Shown here: piece by piece, positions 47,077 to 56,372 of the stretch
Layout: each line of letters opens with the position of its first letter
Numbering within the stretch: position 1 is the stretch's first letter
NCBI GenBank assembly: GCA_018971305.1
Contig: JAGXBC010000001.1
Coordinates: 173,956 to 237,955 of the forward strand
Direction of reading: 5' to 3'
DNA from: Patescibacteria group bacterium
GTDB lineage: Bacteria > Patescibacteriota > Minisyncoccia > UBA6257 > 2-01-FULL-56-20
DNA length: 64,000 nucleotides
Notes under the pieces: generated by a model
Seen by the model: the letters and a program-made list of their open reading frames with translations, nothing else
Database searches by the model: none
Told to the model about the DNA's origin: nothing
Translations under genes and position numbers: made by a program

Positions 47077-47757
47077 TTAACGATTTTTGTCCAAAGGCAC
47101 ACTTAGTTTCGCGGAAGGACCATCCTTAGGGATAACAGTGGCTAGGGGGGTTGTTTGTTTCGGCAAAATAAGGTCTGGGGCCATTATCAGCAAAACCGCC
47201 GATAACGCAGAAAATATTCCGGCGAAGATGAAAACCGCCGGGAACCCCCAGGAGTTAGCGATAATTCCCCCGACAAATCCGCTTACACCGGCCGAAACTC
47301 CGGCCGCCGTACTATCCAATGCCCAATCAAAAGAAATCCTGTCTTTATCCAAGTGCCGCGAGAAAATAGCCGGCCAGGAGGCGGCGTAGAGAGCGAAACC
47401 AATAGCGTGAATAATCTGAACCAAATATAATTGCCAGATCTCTTTTACGAGAGCGAAAGAAATTGCCGAAAAGGCGGCAAGCAATAAGCCAAATATCAGA
47501 GCGTAGAAATCATCTTTCTCTCCCGGTGTCTTATCTAAATAATTGGCGAGTGGAAGTTGTAGCAACGATTTGAGAAGCCAATAAATAGCGGCCGAGGCCC
47601 CAACGGTTATCAGAGTGGCTCCGGCTATATTCTGAATTATAAATATGGAAAATACGGGTTCGATCAAACCCCAGCCGGCCAAAAGGGTTAAATCAGACAA
47701 AATAAAATACTTTACGAGGCGGCCAACTTTTATGTCCAGGCTTATTCTTATTTTCAT
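47077..47757 (-). CDS. Hypothetical 6-TM membrane protein (MFS-half-like)
   Basis: 226 aa with about 6 hydrophobic helices. Weak resemblance to an MFS half. Confidence 0.4.
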   Translation of the reverse strand: MKIRISLDIKVGRLVKYFILSDLTLLAGWGLIEPVFSIFIIQNIAGATLITVGASAAIYWLLKSLLQLPLANYLDKTPGEKDDFYALIFGLLLAAFSAISFALVKEIWQLYLVQIIHAIGFALYAASWPAIFSRHLDKDRISFDWALDSTAAGVSAGVSGFVGGIIANSWGFPAVFIFAGIFSALSAVLLIMAPDLILPKQTTPLATVIPKDGPSAKLSVPLDKNR

Positions 47758-47860
47758 CCCGTTAGAAAATTAAAGCCTGCGCCGGTCGACTCCGGGCCCC
47801 CGATTACTTGGTCGGTTGTTTTATCGTTACCTATTAGCATTATTAATTTTCTAACTGGAT

Positions 47861-50413
47861 TCATGCCTTTGTTTCGCCGATCTCATTAAATTGTATTTCT
47901 TCTCCGACAGAAGAAACCTTTATATGGCTGCCGCGATTTACTGTTTTTTTCAATATCTTCTGCGCGAGCGGGGCACGAAGCTTTTCATCTATCACTCGGC
48001 GCAGAGGCCTCGCACCGAATGCAGGATCATAACCAAGCTTAACAAGCTCACTAATCAGAGAGTCGTCGAATTCCATCTTTATACCCTGCTCGGCTACCAT
48101 GGCCGCGACATCCTGCAGATTAATTGAGACTATCTTAGCCAGATCTACCGGAAGAAGATTTTTAAAAATAACGATGCGCGAGAATCTATTGATAAGTTCC
48201 GGCTTAAAAACATCGGTTAATCTTTTCTTTAGATATTCCGATATTTCCGACATGGACTGTCCTTTATTCAGAGCATCGTTGATGATATCCGAATGGGCGT
48301 TGGACGTGGCGATAATAACCGTATTTTGAAAATCAACCACTCTTCCCAAGTTGTCGGTCAGGCGGCCATCATCCAAAACCTGCAGAAAAAGGTTGAGTAT
48401 GTCCGGAAATGCTTTTTCAAACTCATCCAAAAGCACCAAGCTGTATGGTTTCTGTAAAATCGCATCTGTGAGCGTACCGTTCACGCTGCCATCCGGTGAA
48501 CCGATAAATCTGTAGAAACTTTGCTTGTCTTGGTATTCCGTCATATCAAAACGCACCATCGCTTTTTCCGAGCCGAACTGAACGCGCGCCAGAATCTTAG
48601 CGAGCTCGGTTTTGCCGACGCCGGTAGGGCCAACAAAGAGAAAACTGGAAATCGGGCCGCCGGCGCGAGAAAGGCCGCTTCTATATTCTCGTAAAGATTC
48701 GGATACGGCGCGCACGGCTTCTTCCTGATCGATTAGACGTTCGTGAATAATATTCTCCAGGTTCAAAAGTTGTTTAGCTTCGTCACCGGACGCCTCGTGG
48801 ATAGGAATATTCACCTTAGCCTCTGCCACCCTGATAACCTGCTCCGGGCCAAGAACTTTTTCTCCCCTTCTTTTTACGTCTACTACAGCGCTTTTCAATA
48901 GTTCCTCGGCGCTTGCCGGTAAAAATTTATTGCGAAAATATTTTTTAGCGAGAATCACGGATTTCTTTACGGCGCCGAAACTAATGGTAACGCCAAACTG
49001 CTTCTCCAACAGCAACCCATCGTAACTCAAGATTTTTTCGGCTTCGTCTTCCTTTATTTCATTAACTCTGATAATTTCAAATGCGCCGGCGAAATCGCTT
49101 CTCGGCTCAATGAACTGCTTAAACTCTTTGGGATATGTAGCACCAATTATAGGAAAAGAATTATTCATAATTATCGGCATCAGCTCATCGGCGGCGGAAA
49201 GGTATGCCGTACCCGAGGTCCGCACTAAATTATGAATGTCCGCGATATAGATTATAATATTGCCGGCAGTTATGATCTCCTCAATAATTTTCTTCAGCCG
49301 CTGATTCAACTCTTCCGGCGGCGCTCCCGCAACCAAGCTACCAAGCTCCAATCCCACAAGCCTCTTGTCGAAAAGTGCCTGTGGCACTTCGTCTTTGGAT
49401 AATTTATAAGCCAAGTGGGCAACCAATGTTTCCTTGCCTATACCGGATTCACCTATCAGCAAGGCATTAGGGTTTATCGGCCGAGCCAATGTATCTATTA
49501 ATCGTTCCAATTCTTCTTTATGACCGATAAGAAACCCCGCGCGTCCCTGCCTGGCTAAATCGGTGAAATCGGTGGAATATCTATCTAGAGTAGGAGTCGG
49601 TCTTGAAGTCCAATCCCTGTTCATGATTCTGTGCCTTGACCGAACCGGTCCCGACACAAAACCGGCTACGCTGCCGGGCAAACGTCCGAACGAAGAACTC
49701 TTACTTAAGGAGCTGAAAATCAATGCTCTTTCCAGGTCCCCGGCATCAATCCCGAAGATTCCGAATATCCTCTTCAAAGATTCGTTTTCTATTAGGGGGA
49801 GGGAAGAAAATAGGTCGCTTAATTCTATGAATGCGTGTCCCGACTCCAACGCCCGATTCAGAGCGCTAACCGTTAAAAGTTCCACGTTCCCGAGGAGAGA
49901 TTCTTGTGTCGGACCCACTCCTTCGCCCCTGCCGCTGGCGGATAAAAATTCTTCGATTTTCTGCCTGAATTCATCAAAGGGAATATCAAGGCGCCTCAAG
50001 CCGCTTTCTATTTCAGAAAAATTAAGAAGCTGGCGCGCCAGTTCCAAAAAGAAATCGTGCCGAGTGATTAGGCTACTATCGAAAGATTTTTCTATTATCC
50101 CGAATGCCTTCGGCCTAAGAAATAAGGCCAGATTAACCCTTCCCTTTCTGGGGAATTCTGTAAGCGGCTTATCCGCCTGCCTCAGGTGCATTACTCTGTC
50201 TAGTAAGAATAAAATCAGAAATATACCGAAGAAACGCATCCAGGTTAAATCAGACAAAATAAATGTCGCGGTTGCGGCGGCAAGAACCAGGTATCCAATG
50301 TAGCTCAAAATCCTCACCAAAAATCTGCCTGGCCAGCTCATCCGCAGGCGCGGGTCGTTGAAGGAAAGTTTTAATTCCTGAGCTCTTTTTGTTTTAGAAA
50401 TTTCTTGCTGCAT
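47861..50413 (-). CDS. Membrane-anchored Clp/Hsp100-family double-AAA+ ATPase with degenerate D1 nucleotide-binding motifs
   Basis: The N-terminal hydrophobic segment is FLVRILSYIGYLVLAAATATF...FFGIFLILFLL. D1 Walker A reads GESGIGKE and Walker B reads YIADIH (no DE). D2 is intact with GPTGVGKT and LLDEFEKA. The ClpB-like C-terminal domain is present. Confidence 0.7.
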   Translation of the reverse strand: MQQEISKTKRAQELKLSFNDPRLRMSWPGRFLVRILSYIGYLVLAAATATFILSDLTWMRFFGIFLILFLLDRVMHLRQADKPLTEFPRKGRVNLALFLRPKAFGIIEKSFDSSLITRHDFFLELARQLLNFSEIESGLRRLDIPFDEFRQKIEEFLSASGRGEGVGPTQESLLGNVELLTVSALNRALESGHAFIELSDLFSSLPLIENESLKRIFGIFGIDAGDLERALIFSSLSKSSSFGRLPGSVAGFVSGPVRSRHRIMNRDWTSRPTPTLDRYSTDFTDLARQGRAGFLIGHKEELERLIDTLARPINPNALLIGESGIGKETLVAHLAYKLSKDEVPQALFDKRLVGLELGSLVAGAPPEELNQRLKKIIEEIITAGNIIIYIADIHNLVRTSGTAYLSAADELMPIIMNNSFPIIGATYPKEFKQFIEPRSDFAGAFEIIRVNEIKEDEAEKILSYDGLLLEKQFGVTISFGAVKKSVILAKKYFRNKFLPASAEELLKSAVVDVKRRGEKVLGPEQVIRVAEAKVNIPIHEASGDEAKQLLNLENIIHERLIDQEEAVRAVSESLREYRSGLSRAGGPISSFLFVGPTGVGKTELAKILARVQFGSEKAMVRFDMTEYQDKQSFYRFIGSPDGSVNGTLTDAILQKPYSLVLLDEFEKAFPDILNLFLQVLDDGRLTDNLGRVVDFQNTVIIATSNAHSDIINDALNKGQSMSEISEYLKKRLTDVFKPELINRFSRIVIFKNLLPVDLAKIVSINLQDVAAMVAEQGIKMEFDDSLISELVKLGYDPAFGARPLRRVIDEKLRAPLAQKILKKTVNRGSHIKVSSVGEEIQFNEIGETKA

Positions 50414-50741
50414 AGATTAAGATGGCTGCGGGAATCAAAAGCCAGATACCATACATGGCCAAAAATATCGCCGCCACAAACATATAAATAACACCGCCTA
50501 TTAAAATTCTCCCGGAGCGGAATATAAAACCAAGCAGTCTGCCGACGACCGTGTAGTCTTTATATAGCGGTTGAAACAGATAATGGAAGGTTATCCTGAT
50601 GGCAAAGGTTTTATCCAGATTCTCCAGGGTGGAAATGAATTTGTGGGCGAACGAACGCGTGCCGTCAACGTACCAATGATGGAAAAAATCTCCAAGGCGG
50701 TAGAAAAACCTGGCCGTCAGATATGTTAGGGCGAAGTTCAT
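50394..50741 (-). CDS. Small hypothetical membrane protein
   Basis: 115 aa, 2-3 TM helices. Overlaps the 5' end of the Clp-like gene. Confidence 0.35.
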   Translation of the reverse strand: MNFALTYLTARFFYRLGDFFHHWYVDGTRSFAHKFISTLENLDKTFAIRITFHYLFQPLYKDYTVVGRLLGFIFRSGRILIGGVIYMFVAAIFLAMYGIWLLIPAAILIYAARNF

Positions 50742-50791
50742 ATATTTACATTATAGCAACAAAAAGGGACAGATATAATCTGTCCCCGGTA

Positions 50792-51382
50792 TTATTCGGA
50801 TAAGGGCAACCGATATCTTCCGGTCTCCTCATTTAGGCGAAAACCCGAGCGTTTTGCGGTAACATCGTAGTGCATATACATACGCTCCCTAACCCCACCG
50901 GTTTCCAACTTATACCAAGGACTTTGTTCGGAGCTAATAATTTCAATCAGTCGGACACCATAAGATTTTGACCAATCAACAACTATCGCTACCAACATTC
51001 TTTCCCACCTGATTGCACTAAGATAATCCTTCACAAAAGGAGATCCCTGTATCTGTTGTATTGTTAGTGTCTTGGAATTACAATCAAAATCGAAACCAAT
51101 CAAGGCTATCGGAGATGCCATCAATAAATTTTTTCTGACGACAAGTAAAAAGTTATACTCGGCATCAAGATATATAGCCGGAGAAACCAATCCAGAAACG
51201 AAGCTTGCGGAATAATAATTGGATTTGCCTGCAGTGCCCCGCCTCTCGGAAAAGAGACGGTAATGGTATGCCTGCGATTGGCCAGGTTTCAAAAAACGCT
51301 TCAGATAGAAACCAATATCAATATCATCAGCCTCTCTATAGACATCAATGTTATTGAGACCAGCCAAAACATTCTTCACCAA
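50792..51382 (-). CDS. Hypothetical protein
   Basis: 196-aa ORF, unrecognised. Confidence 0.35.
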   Translation of the reverse strand: MVKNVLAGLNNIDVYREADDIDIGFYLKRFLKPGQSQAYHYRLFSERRGTAGKSNYYSASFVSGLVSPAIYLDAEYNFLLVVRKNLLMASPIALIGFDFDCNSKTLTIQQIQGSPFVKDYLSAIRWERMLVAIVVDWSKSYGVRLIEIISSEQSPWYKLETGGVRERMYMHYDVTAKRSGFRLNEETGRYRLPLSE

Positions 51383-51461
51383 GAGTCACCCCCCGTCCGC
51401 AAAAAGATAATTCAATAAACTTTCTATTTTATAAACCTAGTTATGAATAAAGTAAAGACTC

Positions 51462-52163
51462 TTAAAACAATTTCTGCGGCGGTTTTTTTGTTGCGATTTT
51501 TTTGGCTTTAGCCTCCGGCATGGGCGGCATAGCGGTCAGCGCCTCGGCGACTAATTCCCCTGAAACGACTTTCGGCAGCTTCTTCATGTCTTCGCGGAAA
51601 GTTTCCATCATCTGCGTGGAGCGCAATGCCGCGGCCGGATGATAAACCGGGAAAATCAAGCGGTCGTCTATCTTAAAGACACGTCCGTGGTCGCGCGTAA
51701 TCTTCGCAAGCGGCAAGAAATAATTCATTGAGAAGCGGCCGAGGCAAACTATAACTTTCGGATTTATAATGTCTATCTGCCTCGTAAGGTATGGCTTATA
51801 TTTTTCTATTTCTTCTGGCAGAGGGTCGCGGTTGTCTGGCGGTCGGCGCTTAACTATATTTGTAATATAAACGTCTTTCCGCTCCCAGCCAATTTCTTGT
51901 ATGAGTTTATCCAAAAGCTGTCCGCCCCGCCCGACAAACGGGCGGCCCAAACGGTCCTCGTTGAATCCTGGCGCTTCCCCTACAAACATAACTCGGCAAT
52001 CCGGATTGCCTTCGCCAAAAACAAGATTTGATTCGCGTAGCGGCAACGAGACATTGGCGATAATCTCTTTTTCTAAGTCCCTAAGCGCTCCTGATTTTTC
52101 CATATCCATATTATATATCAACAACCCAAATAAACTTATTGCCATCAAAAAACCGCCCCTCAC
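51462..52163 (-). CDS. Uracil-DNA glycosylase, family 4
   Basis: GEGNPDCRVMFVGEAPG family-4 motif and HPAAALR. It lacks the Fe-S Cys cluster of thermophilic UDGa. The start may be an internal Met near 52103-52109. Confidence 0.8.
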   Translation of the reverse strand: MRGGFLMAISLFGLLIYNMDMEKSGALRDLEKEIIANVSLPLRESNLVFGEGNPDCRVMFVGEAPGFNEDRLGRPFVGRGGQLLDKLIQEIGWERKDVYITNIVKRRPPDNRDPLPEEIEKYKPYLTRQIDIINPKVIVCLGRFSMNYFLPLAKITRDHGRVFKIDDRLIFPVYHPAAALRSTQMMETFREDMKKLPKVVSGELVAEALTAMPPMPEAKAKKIATKKPPQKLF

Positions 52164-52178
52164 GAGCGGTTTTTTTCT
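52145..52178 (-). terminator. Terminator hairpin after hup (aaccgc...gcggtt plus T-run)
   Basis: GC stem flanked by an A-run and a T-run. It is adjacent to a 14-bp palindrome ctttgtgcacaaag. Confidence 0.45.
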
Positions 52179-52200
52179 TTGTGCACAAAGAAAAACGGTG

Positions 52201-52485
52201 TTAGTTCAAAATCGCCTCTTTGGCGGCTTTGGCTACACGGAATTTAACAACTGTCTTGGCCTTGATCTGGATCTGCTCTCCAGTCGCCGGATTTCGCCCC
52301 ATGCGAGCCGCACGGTGCTTCTTGACCAACTTGCCGAATCCCGGAAGAGAGAATTCACCGGCGGATTTGACCTGGCCGTAAGCGATACTGGCAAGCGTTT
52401 CCAAAAAAGCTCCTGCCTGCTTTTTGGACACCTCGGATTTCTCAGCGAGCTGGCCCAAAAGCTCTGACTTTGTCATTTTTGCCAT
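52201..52485 (-). CDS. hup: DNA-binding protein HU
   Basis: MTKSELLGQLAE...GFGKL...RMGRNPATGE is the canonical HU/IHF fold sequence. Confidence 0.9.
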   Translation of the reverse strand: MAKMTKSELLGQLAEKSEVSKKQAGAFLETLASIAYGQVKSAGEFSLPGFGKLVKKHRAARMGRNPATGEQIQIKAKTVVKFRVAKAAKEAILN

Positions 52486-52566
52486 GGCTTTATTTTTTAA
52501 TTTTATTATCGACTTTTATGTATTTATTATAGCAAAAACGCCCAAATAGCAAAAACCGCCTTCTTG

Positions 52567-52638
52567 TGCCCCCGCGAGGAATTGAACCTCGATCACCTCC
52601 TTCGGAGGGAGATATTCTATCCGTTGAACTACGAGGGC
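52567..52638 (-). tRNA. tRNA-Arg (anticodon CCG)
   Basis: On the minus strand: acceptor GCCCTCG/CGGGGGC, anticodon stem-loop TCTCC-CTCCGAA-GGAGG, T-arm CGAGGTTCAATTCCTCG, discriminator A. Confidence 0.75.
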
Positions 52639-52646
52639 AATTGGTC

Positions 52647-53768
52647 TTATCCTACGATAAAATAGTAGATTTCGTAAGCCGCCGCCAAAATAAATATCGC
52701 AGATGCCAAATGAAATAATAGCTTCTTAATTCCCGGGGGATCCAAGACTTTTTTACCGACAAGAACTATAAATAAGTACTGCAAGCTAACAAACACCCCG
52801 CCGACAAGCCCGATGACTTTTAAGAAATTATTCAATCCGAGGAGAAAAAGCATTGGTGGCAAAAAGGCGACCAACACCAATCCATATAGCGGCTTCCAAC
52901 TTAAATCTGATTCCAGGGAATTCTTGATTTCCAACCCTATCGGCAAGTAAGAAGTCCAGATGGCAGATAATCCCAGAACGCCGATTATTATAATTTTAAA
53001 GCGTTGCCAACCGACAAGAGCGGAAATCGTATCGGGAGTTATAAAAAGTACCGAGCCCAGAATCCCCATCACGAACATTAAGTAAAGAAGGGCTGTGCCT
53101 GTCGTACCGCAGATCATTGCCAGATAGGGTTGACCAGGAATGGTTAAGTTTTTCTTTGCGTCCTCCTCAATCCCATAAACAGGTTCAATTGCCGTCCAGC
53201 CAGCCAAAGAAAAAAATATTGCGCCGAAGGGCAGAAAAATATTTTTCACGTCAAATATTTTTAATTGAGCAAGAGCACCGGATGGATTAGATGTAAAAAA
53301 AATAAAAACTATGGCGGCGGCCATAAGTGCTATCCCTCCGGTTTCAAGGAGAACACTACGACGCTCCTTGAATAAGAATGGAGTGGTGGCCAAGAGCCAG
53401 AATATCAACGTAGCGGCAACAGGTGAGAGGTTTGGAAATAAAATCTTAATAAATTGGCTGCCAAGGATTAGATAGACAACGAGCGTAAGAACAAGGCCAG
53501 CTAGAACCACAAAAATCCCGAAACCGAAAGCGTAGGAACCCAAATAGGTTCTGATTAAACCCAATAAACGGTTCTTTTCTCTTATTTTCTCCAGAACCCG
53601 GAAATAAATAAAATGGACCAGGATAATAATAATGGAGAAAATGCATAAATAAAAAAGCCCGGTTAGCCAGCCGGACACCGCAAAAACATAGGGTAGCGCA
53701 AAAATCCCCGCCCCAAGTGTTGTCGCCGCAACAATCCCGGATTCTTTAATAAAGCCGCCGAGGCGCAT
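52647..53768 (-). CDS. Amino-acid permease-like transporter (HAAAP/AAAP-type, about 11 TM)
   Basis: The N-terminal ATTLGAGIFALPYVF resembles the GAGMLALP motif of aromatic/hydroxy amino-acid permeases. 373 aa polytopic. Confidence 0.5.
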   Translation of the reverse strand: MRLGGFIKESGIVAATTLGAGIFALPYVFAVSGWLTGLFYLCIFSIIIILVHFIYFRVLEKIREKNRLLGLIRTYLGSYAFGFGIFVVLAGLVLTLVVYLILGSQFIKILFPNLSPVAATLIFWLLATTPFLFKERRSVLLETGGIALMAAAIVFIFFTSNPSGALAQLKIFDVKNIFLPFGAIFFSLAGWTAIEPVYGIEEDAKKNLTIPGQPYLAMICGTTGTALLYLMFVMGILGSVLFITPDTISALVGWQRFKIIIIGVLGLSAIWTSYLPIGLEIKNSLESDLSWKPLYGLVLVAFLPPMLFLLGLNNFLKVIGLVGGVFVSLQYLFIVLVGKKVLDPPGIKKLLFHLASAIFILAAAYEIYYFIVG

Positions 53769-54034
53769 CAGGCAAGTAGATACACCAAATCTCCCTCACG
53801 AACCTTGCCATCGACTTTAATGCCGACTTCTTGCCCCTTCTTCGCAGAGGCAATACCTTTATGGTCGTACTGCATTGATTTTATCGCTTCTTCAAGATCT
53901 GTAGTGGCTCCTTTAAAATGAACCTTTGTGCCAACCTCAACTTTTTTACTGAATTTTACTATAGCCACGCTCAGGTTGCCATAAAAATGGGTAACTGTGC
54001 CGATCGGTTTCTGTTCTTTTTTATTCTTGGGCAT
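53768..54034 (-). CDS. Small conserved beta-barrel protein (EF-Tu domain-2-like)
   Basis: The 88-aa IGTVTHFYGNLSVAIVKF...GDLVY pattern seems to me to match small EF-Tu-domain-2-like proteins. Confidence 0.4.
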   Translation of the reverse strand: MPKNKKEQKPIGTVTHFYGNLSVAIVKFSKKVEVGTKVHFKGATTDLEEAIKSMQYDHKGIASAKKGQEVGIKVDGKVREGDLVYLLA

Positions 54035-54067
54035 AAAAATAAATCATTGATCCGACCTTTTGGGAAT

Positions 54068-54664
54068 TTATTCCTCAAGGCCTTTTTCTTCCTTCTTTAT
54101 CAATTCAATGACTTTTCCCAAAAGCGCTGCCGGGTCGCTCTCAAAAACAACCTTTCCTGTGCCGCGGTGCGCTCCCTCTAAAATATCCTGCAGCATATCG
54201 CTTATTCCTCCGCTGCCCAAAAGTACCCCTTGAGGTTTTTTATCTTCAAAGGCAATCGTGAATTCATTCAGCGTCCCTGTCCTGCCGCAAATAGTTATGA
54301 CTGCGTCGGCGGAACGAGTCAGGAGAAGGTTCCTGCCGGCGTAATCAAATCCGGTATAAACAATAAGATCGTGATAATCCAGTGGCAGGTGGTAGCTTTT
54401 TACGTGAGCTATTTTAGAGGCCGCCGGCGAGAGACCGATTACGATACCGCCGGCTTCCTTAGCCCCTTTAGCAGACCAAAAAGGAATTCCAGTGGTTGCC
54501 CCGGTCACAACTATCATATCCATCTCGGCTATAAGTCTGCCAATCTCCTCGGCCTTCTCGGCCGCCTCTTTTGAACAGATATCGGTTTCTGCCGCCCCGG
54601 AAATACAGATCTTATACTTCGGCTGATAAGTGTTGTCTCCGTGAGAATGATTGTCTTGAGGCAT
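54068..54664 (-). CDS. TIGR00725-family Rossmann-fold protein (LOG/SLOG-like)
   Basis: ICISGAAET...IVVTGATTGIPFWSAKGAKEAGGIVIGLSP...AVITICGRTGTLNEF pattern. Confidence 0.55.
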   Translation of the reverse strand: MPQDNHSHGDNTYQPKYKICISGAAETDICSKEAAEKAEEIGRLIAEMDMIVVTGATTGIPFWSAKGAKEAGGIVIGLSPAASKIAHVKSYHLPLDYHDLIVYTGFDYAGRNLLLTRSADAVITICGRTGTLNEFTIAFEDKKPQGVLLGSGGISDMLQDILEGAHRGTGKVVFESDPAALLGKVIELIKKEEKGLEE

Positions 54665-54696
54665 TTGTTTAATTATAACACCAAATCCGCGACTAT

Positions 54697-56046
54697 TTAT
54701 AAATTGACGCTTTCGCCGAATTTTTCCGGAACGAACGCTTGAACAGCCAGATCATCTACGATTTTCCGGGCCAAGGCGTCGCTTGATTCTTTTTCCCCCT
54801 GCACAACAAAAACTTTTTTTAGGGTTTTCCTCATCGCGGAAATCCATCCCAAAAGATGGGGCTGGTCAGCGTGCGCGGAATAACCAGGAATAACTCTTTT
54901 TTTGCAGCGCACAGCTACTTTTTCTCCAAAAATTTTCACCTCTTCTTTGCCATCTAGAATTTCTCTGCCCAAAGAGCCATGTGCCTGGTAACCGACAAAA
55001 AGAACCATGCTTTTGGGATCGGGGAGATAGCGCATCTCGTGGTGTAAAATACGACCGCCATGAGACATTCCCGAGCCAGCGATAATAACCTTCGGGGACG
55101 GCACGTTATTTATTCCTTTCGATTGCTCGGTGGTCAGGGTTAATCTCAATTCCGGAAAATTTAAAATATCGTCGCCAGATTTTGCCACCGCCAAAGTTTC
55201 TTTATTGAAGCTGCTTTCGTACTTCTTATAAATGGCCGTAAGTTTTATCGCCAGCGGACTGTCAATAAAAACAGGAACGCGCGGAATCCGCCCCTCCGAG
55301 AATAATTGATGCAAATGGAAAAGCAATTCCTGCGTACGCTCCATGGCAAAAGTAGGTATCATAAGCGTGCCTCCGGACTTCACCGTGTCTTCAATCGCAT
55401 CTTCCAACTGTTCCTTTCTTTTGTCGACGCCCTCGTGAATCCTGTCTCCGTAAGTGGATTCCACTAAACAATAATCGGCATCTGTTATCTTCTCCAGGGG
55501 CTGGATGATTGGTGCGGGAGAATTCCCAAGATCTCCGGAAAAAACCACCGACTTGTTCTCGGCCTCAATTTTTATGAATGCGGAACCCAAGATATGCCCG
55601 GCATCATAAAATTCCGCCCGGAACGGCCCTACCTCTACGGCTTCGTGATAGGAGCGTTTCTGCCAAAGTTTCATAACGCTGTTTACATCATCCACATTAT
55701 AAAGCGGCGGTTTTTTCTCGCGCTTCGCTTCGTCGTCCAGAATATGTTCGGAGTCCAAGAGTAGAAGTTCGGCGAAGTCTTTTGTCGCCGGAGTAGAATA
55801 AATCGTTCCGCGAAAACCGTCTTTCCAAAGTTTCGGCAGGCGACCAATGTGGTCTATATGCGAATGGGTTATGAAAACCGCCTTGATTTCTTTGGGATTA
55901 TAGGGAAATGGTTCAAAATTTTGTTTTTCGGCATAATGACTGCCCTGGTGCAAACCACAATCAACAAGGATTCTTTGTCCTCTCGACTCAAGCATGTAAT
56001 TGGAACCGGTCACCTCGCCCACGCCCCCGTAAAAAGTTAGCTTCAT
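54697..56046 (-). CDS. MBL-fold beta-CASP ribonuclease/hydrolase
   Basis: ITHSHIDHIGRLP (HxHxDH), D-G-H motifs and a beta-CASP C-terminus. 449 aa. Confidence 0.75.
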   Translation of the reverse strand: MKLTFYGGVGEVTGSNYMLESRGQRILVDCGLHQGSHYAEKQNFEPFPYNPKEIKAVFITHSHIDHIGRLPKLWKDGFRGTIYSTPATKDFAELLLLDSEHILDDEAKREKKPPLYNVDDVNSVMKLWQKRSYHEAVEVGPFRAEFYDAGHILGSAFIKIEAENKSVVFSGDLGNSPAPIIQPLEKITDADYCLVESTYGDRIHEGVDKRKEQLEDAIEDTVKSGGTLMIPTFAMERTQELLFHLHQLFSEGRIPRVPVFIDSPLAIKLTAIYKKYESSFNKETLAVAKSGDDILNFPELRLTLTTEQSKGINNVPSPKVIIAGSGMSHGGRILHHEMRYLPDPKSMVLFVGYQAHGSLGREILDGKEEVKIFGEKVAVRCKKRVIPGYSAHADQPHLLGWISAMRKTLKKVFVVQGEKESSDALARKIVDDLAVQAFVPEKFGESVNL

Positions 56047-56372
56047 AGATATTATTATTGCATATTATCGACGGTTTGCCGATATCCTTTAGCTCGTGCT
56101 AATATAAACCACAGTAAACAGCCATCGCGGAGGGAAACCTTGCTCCAACAGGAAGATGCGACCACAACGGCAGAATCACGAATAGACGAATCGGAAGAAG
56201 CACCCGAGACACTGGATTACGGCGATAACCAGAAAAAACAAAAGCAGCCACGCGACAGGACCAGAATTCAACCGAAGCCAAATCGCGCCCGCCCGTTTGT
56301 GTTCTGCACACAAAGAAAGTAGCGTTGCGAATTAACCGCCTACTTATTTAACCCCAATCAAGGCCCACCCAC

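Noticed and set aside
56099-56322. ORFs 56099-56311 (-) and 56140-56322 (+) in the nuclease upstream region
   Set aside because: They have low-complexity translations, no RBS and overlap each other. The region is treated as non-coding.
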